Of a DNA stretch of 64,000 nucleotides, positions 1 to 9,849 are shown one piece after another; within the stretch, counting starts at the first letter, position 1, and the number at the start of each line of letters is the position of its first letter. The stretch spans positions 1 to 64,000 of IMG/VR virus record IMGVR_UViG_2908764845_000006. One strand, written 5' to 3'. Below the pieces are notes generated by a model. The model was not told where the DNA came from. It ran no database searches and worked only from the letters and a program-made list of their open reading frames with translations. The DNA is from a virus (taxonomy: Duplodnaviria; Caudoviricetes). A program made the translations under genes and the position numbers.

Positions 1-189
1 TCATTTCGCATAACCCTGCGATCTTAGCCAAGATATCTTGCGGTTCCCATCTATCCACGCGCGGGCGTCCTCGTTGCTTGTGAGGCCGTCGATGATCCTG
101 ATTTCCGCCCCCGGGACACTGGCTTCAATTTGCCAATTGCCCTCGGCGATCCGCTTGGGAGTGAAGGTGACACGAGGAGATTTGCTCAT
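1..189 (-). CDS. small hypothetical protein
   Basis: 62-aa ORF with GGAG upstream and protein-like composition. Confidence 0.55.
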   Translation of the reverse strand: MSKSPRVTFTPKRIAEGNWQIEASVPGAEIRIIDGLTSNEDARAWIDGNRKISWLRSQGYAK

Positions 190-256
190 CCTCCGAATAT
201 GCGCCGTTGACTGTCAATATTCCAGCCCGGCCGGCCGCCACAATCAAACTGACCCA

Positions 257-1886
257 CTACCGTATTCGTGAGAGTGCTTTTTTTAGTCCGCTTGATGTGG
301 CCGCACATCTGCTCTGACGAGGCGCGCGGGATTGCCTTCGGCTTTTCACCGCCTGACGACCGGTACTTTGCAACGCGCTTGAGGTGTAGGTTGGGCGAAC
401 GGGGGGCGGACGCCCCGCCGGTCAAGGACCGAGCGGCAGCCGCGCGCCTGGCAAGCCGCGGATCAGGTCGGCTTCGGGACATGCCGCGGCAAACGCAAGG
501 CGAATGCGGCTCGTGGTCTCGACGACACGGGCAGCGAGTTTCAAGAGACGAAGACGCAGCGTCGCGAACTCGGCTGTGGCCAATTCCCGGGCTTTGGGAA
601 TCGCGTCGCGCACGGTCAGCATCAGCCAATAAGCGGCGGTGTGGAGAACGAGGCGGACTTGATTGGCGAGCGCCGAACGGCAGTTGGTGCGATCGGAGGC
701 GAGCTATGTCTTATGCAGCTTGATCAGATTCTCGGCTTGGCCGCGCGCGCAATACAGGCTGTCGTAGATCCACTCGGCCGAGCCGACATCGAGGCTGGTG
801 ACGACGAAGCGGATGTCGAGGCCGAGCATTGTCGCCTCAATACGGGCGACGGTGCGCCGTTCGCGATCCCAGGACTTTGCCTTGTGGCGCGTCTCGGTAT
901 AGCCACGCAGAACCGGCAGGTTCTCGATGGCGCGTCGCGTGCGGATGTCGTCGGCGGCCTCGTCGACTTTTCTGGCGAGCGGCTTGGTGCCGGACAGACC
1001 GAAGATGTAGTCGATGCCGTTGGTCTCGCACCACGTCATGGCCTCCGGCCGAGCATAGCGCCCGTCGCCACGGAACGTAATTCGCGTGTTGTGCCACCGC
1101 GTCCGGATATGCCGTATCAGGCGGCGCAGATGGGCCCGCACCTCGACGCCGCCCGGCGTCTTGCCGGGCCGCAGCACGACCGCCACGGGCCGGCTCTTCT
1201 CCGTGTCGTAGACGTGGATCGGCAGGAAGCAGCGTTCGTCATAATGAGCGTTGAACAGCGAGAGCTGCTGATGGCCGTGGACGACATCGCAGGTATCATC
1301 GATGTCGAGCGTGACGGATGCCGGCTCGCGCGGGTAGCTATCCATCCATGCGTCGACCAAAGTGTAGGTCAGTCGGATCACGTCGCGCAGGCGCGGAGCA
1401 TTCTCCAGCCGCGACAGCGTCGGTTGGGAACACAGATCGCGACCCGTGTCCGGCAGCCGTCCGCAGGCCAGCTTGAATGCGGGATCGGACCGCAGATGAT
1501 CGAGGTCGTCGGCGTCCTCGTAGCCGCAGCAGATCGCGAACATGCGCGCGCGGAACATATCGACAAGGCTGTGCACGACCCGCGTCGGATCGCGCCGATC
1601 CGGGAACACCCGGGCCAAATTGTCGGCCAAGCCGAGACGCCGCCCGGCCATCGCCAGAAGCATCACGCCCCCGTTCGAGGTCAGCCGACCGCCATCGAAG
1701 GCAGCTGTGACTTTCTTGGCGTGAACGGCTGGAAACGAGAAGGGCAGAATCGTATCGTCGGTCATGGCGGGCCTGGCGTTCGCGGTTGAGGTGATGGGGT
1801 TGGCTTTGCAACCGAATCCTACGCCGCATCAGCGCTTTACACCACGCTCGCCAGCCTCTCAGGCGCACTCTGACGAATAAGACGGG
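257..1886 (-). mobile_element. IS1380-family insertion sequence (inactivated transposase)
   Basis: Transposase motifs (FDGGRLTSNGG, LDIDDT, RGD, YCARGQAENLIK). Imperfect terminal IRs share TATTCGT(C/G)AGAGTGC (263-277 and rc of 1865-1879). The end near 257 is approximate. Confidence 0.85.
422..1765 (-). pseudogene. IS1380 transposase with premature stop
   Basis: In-frame TAG at 704-706 (..KLHKT*LASDRT..); the same frame continues to the stop at 422. Confidence 0.85.
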
Positions 1887-1944
1887 CTAGTGCCTACCGC
1901 GATGCTTGGGGAAATCTCAATAAGCACCGCCCTAAACTCGTCGC

Positions 1945-1972
1945 TTGACATGTTCTTGTTTTGTTCTATGAT
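1945..1972 (+). promoter_or_regulatory. sigma70-type promoter overlapped by alphaproteobacterial LexA box
   Basis: TTGACA (1945-1950), 16-bp spacer, TATGAT (1967-1972); GTTC-N7-GTTC at 1952-1966. Confidence 0.75.
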
Positions 1973-2005
1973 ACAAGTCTGCTGTCGATGAGGTGATTCG
2001 CACGA

Positions 2006-3415
2006 ATGCCCAAGCAGCAACGGATTCGCGACCCCCTGCACGATCTAATCCAGTTTGATGTTGAGAGATCGCAGCTAGAGGGCGTCCTCTGGCGCGTCCT
2101 GCAGACCCGTCCGTTCCAGCGCCTCCGGCGGATCAAGCAGCTCGGCTTTTCGGACTTCGTTTATCCGGGCGCTACTCATTCGAGGCTCCTCCACAGCGTG
2201 GGGGTTTTCCACACCGCGCGAAGGCTCATGAGAGTGATCGAAAAGTACCTTCCCGCCAAAGATGCTCGCGTGGATCAGGCGCTCGCCGCAGCACTTGTGC
2301 ACGATCTTGGACATGGACCATTCAGCCATGCGTTCGAGAAAATCGGCGAGCGGTTCGATCTCAAGATGGCAAATCACGAGGCCGTCAGCGACATGCTCAT
2401 TCGAAACGGAGAGGTTTCCGATGTGCTGCGTGACATGGGCAGCGGCTTTGCAAACGACGTGGCGGACATGGTTAGCGGCAGTGGCACGCCAACGATCTAC
2501 TCGGCAGTCGTGTCAAGCCAGTTCGATGCTGACCGCCTCGATTACATGAGACGCGATCGCCTCATGGTTGGCAGTCAGCACGCGGGGATCGACTTTGAGT
2601 GGTTGGTTGAGAACCTCGAGGTTGGCGAGGTGCAGCATGGCGTCGACGAAACCTCGCTCAAGCCCGTTCAAACCTTTGTCCTTGGGCGCAAGGCCATCTT
2701 CGCCGCCGAAGCCTACGTGCTTGGGCTTTTCCAACTCTATCCAACCGTTTATTTTCACAAGGCAACGCGGGGCGCGGAGAAGATCTACACCGAGCTGCTG
2801 ACCCGCACCATAACCCTGATTAAGGACGGCTCGATCGAAAAAACTGGTCTTCCGAAAACGCATCCGCTCGTCAAGTTTGCTCAAACGCCCGATAATATCG
2901 ATTGCGCGCTATCGCTCGACGATACGGTTATTTGGGGTGGGCTTTCCCTTATGGCTGACAGCAACGACAAATGGATCGGCAGTCTCGCTGAGCGCTTGCG
3001 AGATCGCAAACTCTACAAGTGCATCGATGTGCGGGCTAAGATTGCGCATGATAAGGACGATGGTGCGGCCTCGTCTTCAGAGGCCGACGAGGTGTGCGCT
3101 GGCGTCCGAGACGAGATTGTGAAGTGCTTGGATGAATGGTCCGCCAAATCCCCCGATGAACCTCCGCGGATTTTGATCGATGAGGTCGAACGGTCCCCTT
3201 ACAAAGAGTTGACCGAGGGCGCGAAAGGTCCGCTCAGCCAGATTAATATCCGTACTGAGGGTAACCACTTGGCCGATCTTTCAAAGCGGTCAAACGTTGT
3301 GGCGGCACTTAAGACCTACAAGGCCTTCCGTCTTTACCACGCCGATGGTGATGAAGAGGCTCGAAGGAAGGTGATGGAAATCGTAGACGCGGGGATATCA
3401 AAATGGCCGGCATAG
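2006..3415 (+). CDS. HD-domain phosphohydrolase (YwfO/SAMHD1-like dNTP triphosphohydrolase family)
   Basis: RDPLH, FQRLRRIKQLG, ATHSRLLHSVG, HDLGHGPFSH and DADRLDY motifs. Confidence 0.9.
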   Translation: MPKQQRIRDPLHDLIQFDVERSQLEGVLWRVLQTRPFQRLRRIKQLGFSDFVYPGATHSRLLHSVGVFHTARRLMRVIEKYLPAKDARVDQALAAALVHDLGHGPFSHAFEKIGERFDLKMANHEAVSDMLIRNGEVSDVLRDMGSGFANDVADMVSGSGTPTIYSAVVSSQFDADRLDYMRRDRLMVGSQHAGIDFEWLVENLEVGEVQHGVDETSLKPVQTFVLGRKAIFAAEAYVLGLFQLYPTVYFHKATRGAEKIYTELLTRTITLIKDGSIEKTGLPKTHPLVKFAQTPDNIDCALSLDDTVIWGGLSLMADSNDKWIGSLAERLRDRKLYKCIDVRAKIAHDKDDGAASSSEADEVCAGVRDEIVKCLDEWSAKSPDEPPRILIDEVERSPYKELTEGAKGPLSQINIRTEGNHLADLSKRSNVVAALKTYKAFRLYHADGDEEARRKVMEIVDAGISKWPA

Positions 3416-3918
3416 ATTACGCACATGGAGCAGCAGCTATCGTTCGCGATGCAGGGGGCCACATCGTAGGGCGTACCAAGTTTCAGAAGATCGCCTTCTT
3501 TCTGGAAGCGGCAGGCGTCGGATCAGGTTTTCCTTTCCGGTACAAGCACTATGGACCCTACTCCGAGTTGCTCGCCGCTGCAGCTCAGCATGCAGCGGCC
3601 TTGCGGCTGATCGTCGAAAACGAATCCGTTGCAGCTTGGGGTGGGCAGTATTCGACCTTCTACACTCAAATGCCTGCCGATCCTTCGATGCACCCCGCTC
3701 GCGCGCGACTCGCGCAAGAGATGGCAAATGCCGATGCCGTGGAACTTGAACTGGCTGCCACCGCCGCTTTCCTAGCGTACGAGAGATTTCCTGACCCTTG
3801 GGCTGAAACAGCTCGCCGAAAACCGGAAAAGGCAGAGGGCGGACGGCTTGAGCGAGCGAAGCAGCTGTACCTACGCCTTCAACAAATACCGGCACCTCAT
3901 CAACTACCAGCGATTTGA
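3403..3918 (+). CDS. YwgA-like protein (SocA/Panacea-like fold inferred)
   Basis: GRTKFQKIAFFL and YKHYGPYS motifs; overlaps the HD gene end. Confidence 0.7.
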   Translation: MAGIDYAHGAAAIVRDAGGHIVGRTKFQKIAFFLEAAGVGSGFPFRYKHYGPYSELLAAAAQHAAALRLIVENESVAAWGGQYSTFYTQMPADPSMHPARARLAQEMANADAVELELAATAAFLAYERFPDPWAETARRKPEKAEGGRLERAKQLYLRLQQIPAPHQLPAI

Positions 3919-4653
3919 CGGCAGGTTGCAACTAGCCCAACCGCCTCGGCCGCCAGCGGGCACCCGGGTCGAGTTCGACAAGAAAGGCTGGAGGCATTAG
4001 ATCATCGCCGCCTACCAACACTTAGTCTAGCTGGTGTTAGAAGTAGCGTCCCGACAGATTGGCCGACAGAAATGGGCTGCCGGCGTAGTGGCCGAAGGGC
4101 TACCGTACCGACGAAGTCAACCACGGGCGGTCTGGCACAATCTTTGGGGGCTCGCCCCCCATTACTCGCCTTTCTACCCGGTTGCGGCGGGTAATTGGTG
4201 TGGTTGCTACATGACATGAGGCTGGGGCCGCGCGCCAAACGTCATTCTGGCGGGCGCTCCAATCGGACGACCAAGCCCCGGATGCCGAACCCGACGGCTG
4301 CTGCGCCGCATCGCCAGATCGGCCAACGTTAATCGCCGGACCCCATCTTCACCATTTAGCTTGTGGCGTTTGCGCCATAATACCGCAGCGGCGAACAATA
4401 CTTGCTCCGAGAGACCGCACAACCCTTGCATTTTCTTAGTTCGCACCACAGCTTGCGGGTGATCGCGCTTCTCGAAAAGGGTAATCGGATGAACGACAAA
4501 ATCCCGGCGGAGCCGCCAGTTGGGCAAGGCATCAGCATGATCTCGCTTAAGAAGGAGATCGACGAACTGCGGGAGGAAATCCAGCAACTTAAGAAATTCA
4601 TAAATGACAATATCTGGGATCCAGGGCGTGTAGGCAAACAGCCGCACCCCTAA

Positions 4654-4748
4654 CCCGTCTTATTCGTCAGAGTGCGCCTGAGGGGCTGGCGAGCGTGGTG
4701 TAAAGCGCTGATGCGGCGTAGGATTCGGTTGCAAAGCCAACCCCATCA
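4654..4748 (+). mobile_element. 95-bp fragment of the IS1380 left end
   Basis: Near-identical to the reverse complement of 1792-1886. Confidence 0.9.
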
Positions 4749-4768
4749 TCCGGAGCGGGTTCGGACCG

Positions 4769-4960
4769 ATGAGCGTCGCCCAATATCAAAGGCTGGACGA
4801 AGCATGCCGGTTGCCCGATACGGCTTTTCATCTCCGGAGACGAGAGCAGCTTCTACATCGGGACCGACGAGCAGCACGAGCTGCGCATCGAGATCCCGCC
4901 GACGTTCTGGCGGACCTTTGGCGAGCTGCCGACGATCTTGACCGTCGCAAACTGGAATGA
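4769..4960 (+). CDS. hypothetical protein
   Basis: 63-aa ORF directly upstream of the TIR gene. Confidence 0.35.
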   Translation: MSVAQYQRLDEACRLPDTAFHLRRREQLLHRDRRAARAAHRDPADVLADLWRAADDLDRRKLE

Positions 4961-4973
4961 GGACTGAGCTGGA

Positions 4974-5642
4974 ATGTTAGCGTTTATGAGTTACCAGACT
5001 GCCGACCGCGAAATCGCCGCGGGCGTCGCTCAACTTCTCGACACTCTCGGCGTTCAGTCCTTTATGGCCCACGAGCATATCGAAGTCTCCGTCGAGTGGC
5101 GCGACGAGATCCTCCGCCAGCTCGGCTTGGCCGATCTTTTCGTGCCGATCTTGAGCCAGCGGTACTACGCGTCGATTTGGTGCAAACAGGAGTCCGGGAT
5201 CGCAGCCTTTAGGCGTATGACGTTGATCCCGCTCTCCTTGGACAGCTCAATCCCCCAAGGCTTTATCAGTCACGTCCAGTCATCGCTCCTTCAGGGCGGC
5301 CAGGCCACGTACCATCAGCTTATGCGCGGCGTAGCTTCTCGGGACATCCGTTTTGCGATTGACGCTGGAATCAGGCTTGTGGCTGATGCGCGCAGCTTCA
5401 GGCAAGCCGAATATCATTTCGAAGCCGTTCGCCCCTATCTCCACGGCGCGAGCGACCAGCAGGTCACTCACTTGCTAACGGTCTCAGCCCAGAACGGGCA
5501 AGTGTGCCACGCCAGCCTATGCGCCCGTGACTACCTGCCGCCACTCATGCAATCGCACGGACACTTATTGCCACTAGATGTGCGCGAAGGGCTTTCGCAG
5601 GTATTAGCCCAATATGCACCCCCTCCGCCGACCGTGCGTTAA
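4974..5642 (+). CDS. TIR-domain protein
   Basis: AFMSY, FVPILSQRYYASIWCKQE (catalytic Glu position); helical C-terminal region. Confidence 0.85.
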   Translation: MLAFMSYQTADREIAAGVAQLLDTLGVQSFMAHEHIEVSVEWRDEILRQLGLADLFVPILSQRYYASIWCKQESGIAAFRRMTLIPLSLDSSIPQGFISHVQSSLLQGGQATYHQLMRGVASRDIRFAIDAGIRLVADARSFRQAEYHFEAVRPYLHGASDQQVTHLLTVSAQNGQVCHASLCARDYLPPLMQSHGHLLPLDVREGLSQVLAQYAPPPPTVR

Positions 5643-5993
5643 TAGGTGCACATGAACGATTTTTTGGACCTCGATCCATACGAGGATTTGCCGGATGATC
5701 CGGAAGAGGCCTTCCTTAATCTAACTAGCTTTGGCGTCTGGTGCTTTGGTGGCAAGCCGCTCAAGCAAGATTTTGGCGTGATCGAGCCTCGTGTTCATGG
5801 TGAGAGCTATTGGCACGGTGAGTATTCCTCGCTGGTGATTCGAAACGCTCTCAGCTTGGTAGAGAAACCGGGCAATACTACTGGCGGTTGGCGGCTATCC
5901 ACGATCCCCACAGGCATGCTCAGCTTTAAAGCAGCCAGTTTTTCAGAGGAATTTTGTTGGCCGGTGTGTATTAATGTATCGCCCCTCCAAAAA

Positions 5994-6011
5994 GTGTGTA
6001 TTAATACACAC
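5994..6011. promoter_or_regulatory. probable HicB operator palindrome
   Basis: Perfect palindrome GTGTGTATTAATACACAC abutting the hicA ATG; partial copy GTGTGTATTAAT at 5964-5975. Confidence 0.7.
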
Positions 6012-6200
6012 ATGAGGTCAGCAGATGTCATCAGGGTCCTGAAGGACGATGGGTGGAAGCCGGTGGCCCAGAAGGGCAGCCACATCCAGTTCAAGCACCC
6101 GACAAAGAGCGGCCGCGTGACGGTACCGCATCCGAAGCGTGACATCCCTATCGGCACTTTGAGGAGCATCGAAAAGCAAGCCGACCTGAAACTAAGATGA
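6012..6200 (+). CDS. hicA: HicA mRNA interferase toxin
   Basis: DGW..KGSHIQFKHP..GRVTVPHP..DIPIGTLRSI; real start at 6012 rather than 5646. Confidence 0.92.
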   Translation: MRSADVIRVLKDDGWKPVAQKGSHIQFKHPTKSGRVTVPHPKRDIPIGTLRSIEKQADLKLR

Positions 6201-6248
6201 GATCGCAGACGGGGCATGGCGCCCTGATCCCAAGGAGGGGAGAATAAC

Positions 6249-6641
6249 ATGCGACACTACATTGCACTGATCCATAAGGATGCAGACAGCGACTACGGCG
6301 TGTCATTTCCGGATCTTCCTGGCGTTGTAACTGCTGGAACGAATTTAGATGATGCGCGCGCCATGGCAACGGAAGCTCTGGCTCTTCATCTAGAGGGTAT
6401 GGTTGAAGACGGCGAAGCCGTCCCAGAACCCTCCTCCCTTGAGGAGATCATGGCAGATGCCGAGAACAGGGACGGCGTTGCCGTTCTAATTCCTGTACCA
6501 GCGACGGAAGTGAAGACGGTACGCGTCAACGTCACTCTTCCCGCCGATGTCTTGAACGAGATTGACCACTACGCTGAACAGCATGGTTTCACGCGTTCTG
6601 GTTTTCTCGTTCAAGCCGCAAAGAAAGCGATCGCGGCGTAG
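6249..6641 (+). CDS. hicB: HicB antitoxin
   Basis: YGVSFPDLPG..G...DDARAMATEAL; C-terminal ribbon-helix-helix (RVNVTLP..RSGFL). Confidence 0.92.
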   Translation: MRHYIALIHKDADSDYGVSFPDLPGVVTAGTNLDDARAMATEALALHLEGMVEDGEAVPEPSSLEEIMADAENRDGVAVLIPVPATEVKTVRVNVTLPADVLNEIDHYAEQHGFTRSGFLVQAAKKAIAA

Positions 6642-6678
6642 CCTGATCAACAGGCCACGGCGCCAGCCGTAGACACAC

Positions 6679-6998
6679 ATGCACCTCTTCCTCCGCCCCA
6701 CCCGTCATAGCCGGCGACAAGCTTGAGAACGATTTCGCGGTGATCCACGAGGGCCGGAAGGTTGGCCGGATCAGGTTGGCTACTGAGCCCGCCAGCCTCC
6801 AGCCCGGCTGGGACTGGCACATCACCGTCCCGCTTCCGGTGCACCCGTGGTGCAACGGCACGGCAACCGATCTGGACGGCGCCAAGGCGGCGTTCCGGGA
6901 AGCGTGGGAGCGGTTCTTCGCGACCCTCTCGCCTTCCCGACATCGAATACTGGCACCACGATCAGGACGCCGCGGAAGCACGCACGCGGCACAAATAA
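6679..6998 (+). pseudogene. frameshifted hypothetical gene
   Basis: A coherent protein (LFLRPT/VIAGDKLENDFAVIHEGRKVGRI...FFATLSPS/DIEYWHH) needs two single-base corrections in C runs near 6702 and 6937. Confidence 0.45.
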
Positions 6999-7336
6999 GG
7001 AGTCGAATGTTTGAGGCGCTTGCCGAATGGTATCTCAGCCGACGCGGCCGCATGGTCCTGCTGTCAATCGGCGTTTGACTGGCCCCCCCCGATTGGATGC
7101 CTGATCACCCCGAAAACGGGGTCCTTATTCCATGCCGAAACACAGTCCTGCCGCGCCGCTTCGTCGGCTTAGCGGTCGGCGGCTACGGAGCGGCCGTAGT
7201 CCGAGAGAACGAGGTCGTGATGGCCCGTGCCGGCGAACAACGTTCCGTTCATTGCGGTGAACCATAGCTTGGTGATGTTTGATCCGCCGCGAACGTAGGA
7301 TTCACGGTCCCCACCCCGGATACCTATATCCGGGAC

Positions 7337-7959
7337 ATGCTCAAATCGCCCTATGCACCCTGCCTGCCGACCCGGGGAACCGCCGTTCCCGCGCGCGACG
7401 AATGGCTGCACGAAGTCAAGCACGACGGGTACCGGCTGATCGTCCAGCGCGCCGGCAAGGCTGTGCGCCTGTTCACCCGCAACGGCCACGACTGGACCAC
7501 GCGCTACCCGCTGATCGTCGAGGCGGCGCTGCGCCACCGCGCGCAGCGGTTTGTGCTGGATGGCGAGGCGGCCCTGCTGGGCGTCGACGGCCGCTCCGAC
7601 TTCGACGGCCTGCACTCGCGCCAGCACGACGACGAGGTCCAGCTCTATGCCTTCGACATGATCGAGCTCGACGGCGAGGATCTCCGCAAGCTGCCGCTGT
7701 CGATGCGAAAGACCAATCTGGAACGGATGCTGGCCCGCCGGGTCGACGGCATCCATCTGGCCCCGTTCGAGACCGGCGAGATCGGGCCCGAGCTGTTCCG
7801 CCACGCCTGCCTGATGGGCCTCGAAGGCATCGTCTCCAATTCTCCAAGCGCGTGGACCGCCCCTACCGGGCCGGCCCCTCGAAGGACTGGGTCAAGGTGA
7901 AGAACCGCGAGCACCCGGCAATGTACCGCGTCAGGGACGCGCGATCGCGCAGGCCTTGA
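7337..7959 (+). pseudogene. small ATP-dependent DNA ligase (LigD ligase-domain-like), frameshifted
   Basis: EVKHDGYR, LDGE, YAFD and EGIVS motifs; KR..PY..G.SKDWVKVK lies in another frame after the duplication TCTCCAA-T-TCTCCAA. Confidence 0.85.
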
Positions 7960-7964
7960 AACGC

Positions 7965-8006
7965 AAAAAAGGCCCCCGAGCGCCCTGTGAGGGGCGCCCG
8001 GGGGCC
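7965..8006 (-). terminator. intrinsic terminator of the phage late transcript
   Basis: GC-rich hairpin followed by T6 on the minus strand. Confidence 0.75.
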
Positions 8007-8022
8007 AATTGATGTTCCAGTC

Positions 8023-8676
8023 TTAGAGCGCGTTCAGCGCGACCTTGTCATAGGCCGCGTAGACCTTCTTGAGCCACGCGCGCGCGTAGCCCTGCAGCAC
8101 CTCCGACTGCGACTTGTCGGCGATGTAGGCCTCGAAGCCCACGCCGAGCCGGTCGATCGTGTCGTTCGCCATCGTGTTGAGCTGCGGGATCACGATGGCG
8201 TCCTTGGCGGACGCCGGCAGGCCGGCGAACTTGGTGCCGTTGGTGTGGTTGAGCAGCACGTGATGGGTGGCGCCCTCCACCGCCTTGGCGGTCGCGTCGA
8301 TCTCGTCGAATGACGCCTGGCTGGAGCCGATGACGTGGACGACTGAGATCCGCAGCCGGCCTTCCTTGACGCCGTCGAGGAAGCCGATCTCCGACAGGGT
8401 CGCCAGCGTGGTCGAGAGCAGCGTCGCGCGGATGTCGATCAGCGTGACCTGCGCCTCGCGCAGCTTGTCGAACACCTTCATCTGGTCGTCGGACTGGGTG
8501 AGGTCCACGACCTCGACGTCCCAGTGGAAGCGCTTGAACACGCCGTTCGGCGCCTCGGTGTCGAACGCGCGAACCGAGATGCCGTGGGCGTGGAAGTAGT
8601 CGCGCAGGGTGCGGGAGACGGTCGTCTTGCCGACGCCGCCCTTGTCGGCGCCGACGATAAGGACGTGGGGGCCCAT
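8023..8676 (-). CDS. MinD/ParA-superfamily P-loop ATPase
   Basis: Deviant Walker A motif KGGVGKTT. Confidence 0.8.
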   Translation of the reverse strand: MGPHVLIVGADKGGVGKTTVSRTLRDYFHAHGISVRAFDTEAPNGVFKRFHWDVEVVDLTQSDDQMKVFDKLREAQVTLIDIRATLLSTTLATLSEIGFLDGVKEGRLRISVVHVIGSSQASFDEIDATAKAVEGATHHVLLNHTNGTKFAGLPASAKDAIVIPQLNTMANDTIDRLGVGFEAYIADKSQSEVLQGYARAWLKKVYAAYDKVALNAL

Positions 8677-8706
8677 GTAGGGTACCTTTCTTTCTGTGGT
8701 GGAGGA

Positions 8707-9210
8707 CTATTTCGCGACCACGCTCGACGGCAGGCCGCGGAGGCCGTCGTTCTGCCGTTCGAGCCGGTCGATCAGTTTCTGCATCTCGTCGTAGCGACGA
8801 TTGACGAGAAGCATTTCGAGGCCTTCGAGCCGCTCCATCCGTTTCTCGTCGGTGGCGGCTCGATAGTTGATCTCCTCTCGCGGAACGAGGTGTTCCTTGA
8901 GGGTCTTGATGTCGGCCTGAATCGGGGAGAGCGCTTGACTGCCGACGAATGCCAGCGTGGTGGTGATGAGGCCCGCCGCCGAGATCAGGATGCCCCACGG
9001 CGTGCGATTGCGTTCGCCGAGCTGGGTGCCGAGGGACGACAGGGCCGAGCGAAACTCGGTCCCCAGCGCCGACCCCATCTTCTCGATCTTGCCGTCCAGC
9101 CCAAGGATGCGGTCATTGATCTGGCTGATGTCAGCATCAATGCCGCCTACCTTGACCTGCAGCGCCCTGACATCGGTCGCGAGCGTCGCTCCGTCAACTG
9201 CCGTCGTCAT
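8707..9210 (-). CDS. membrane/coiled-coil protein of the lysis region (possible holin-like)
   Basis: One TM segment (WGILISAAGLITTTLAFV); located after the spanins. Confidence 0.5.
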   Translation of the reverse strand: MTTAVDGATLATDVRALQVKVGGIDADISQINDRILGLDGKIEKMGSALGTEFRSALSSLGTQLGERNRTPWGILISAAGLITTTLAFVGSQALSPIQADIKTLKEHLVPREEINYRAATDEKRMERLEGLEMLLVNRRYDEMQKLIDRLERQNDGLRGLPSSVVAK

Positions 9211-9464
9211 TACTCGCTCCCCGCTGCGCGAGCGCGCACGTTGTCGTACCACTCACCGCTCTCCTTGAGCCGGCCATTCGCCTCGTCCAGCGCATCGCGC
9301 GTCTGTGCGAGGCGTGCCTTGCCGCTATCGTTTAGCTTTAAAGAAGGGACCGAGACGGGGGACATGAAGCCGGGGCGCCCGGGCAGGTCGCGGGACTGGG
9401 CCGCAAACTGCGGGGAGGTGTGCCCGCATGCCGCGCAAATCGTCGCAAGTGAGAGCATCACCAT
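9210..9464 (-). CDS. o-spanin (Rz1-like lipoprotein)
   Basis: Lipobox-like LATICAAC, Pro-rich, overlaps the i-spanin 3' end in another frame; start uncertain. Confidence 0.65.
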   Translation of the reverse strand: MVMLSLATICAACGHTSPQFAAQSRDLPGRPGFMSPVSVPSLKLNDSGKARLAQTRDALDEANGRLKESGEWYDNVRARAAGSE

Positions 9465-9849
9465 TGACCGGAGGAGGAAGGTGAGCGGCCGCCGCATCAG
9501 CTTCGGCCTTCGCAGCACGCTGCTCGAGCTCCTTGACATAGTCTGCAGTCCTTTCCTTTTCATCGGCAGCGCGGCTCGCGATCCCCGCAGCCTTGAGCTT
9601 GGCTTCGGCCGCGGCTTTCTGCGCGTTTTCCTTGTCGGCATTCGCCGCGTCGATCTGCGACTGCAGCGCGGCGGTCTGGCACTCGGCTTCGGCAGCCGAG
9701 CGGCCCATTTCGTAGAGCTTGAAGCCGGAAGCCCCGAGGGCTGCGGCGATCAGGCCGGCGACGATCACGCCGGCCGCAAAGCCCGAGATCTTCAGTCCGA
9801 AGAGGCCCGCAACACGGGCGAGGAAGGTGGCGACTGCGCCGGTAAGCAT
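9325..9849 (-). CDS. i-spanin (Rz-like)
   Basis: N-terminal TM plus Ala-rich coiled coil, immediately after the endolysin. Confidence 0.7.
   Translation of the reverse strand: MLTGAVATFLARVAGLFGLKISGFAAGVIVAGLIAAALGASGFKLYEMGRSAAEAECQTAALQSQIDAANADKENAQKAAAEAKLKAAGIASRAADEKERTADYVKELEQRAAKAEADAAAAHLPPPVNGDALTCDDLRGMRAHLPAVCGPVPRPARAPRLHVPRLGPFFKAKR

Noticed and set aside
704-706. Amber read-through or recoding in the transposase
   Set aside because: A single likely CAG-to-TAG change; no suppressor tRNA seen and other TAGs act as normal stops
5646-6011. 184-aa N-terminally extended HicA in the ORF track
   Set aside because: HicA homology begins at ATG 6012 and the operator palindrome lies inside the extension; the first ~22 codons look like a gene remnant
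7236-7251. LexA box before the ligase (GAAC..GTTC..GTTC)
   Set aside because: Spacing does not fit N7 direct repeats
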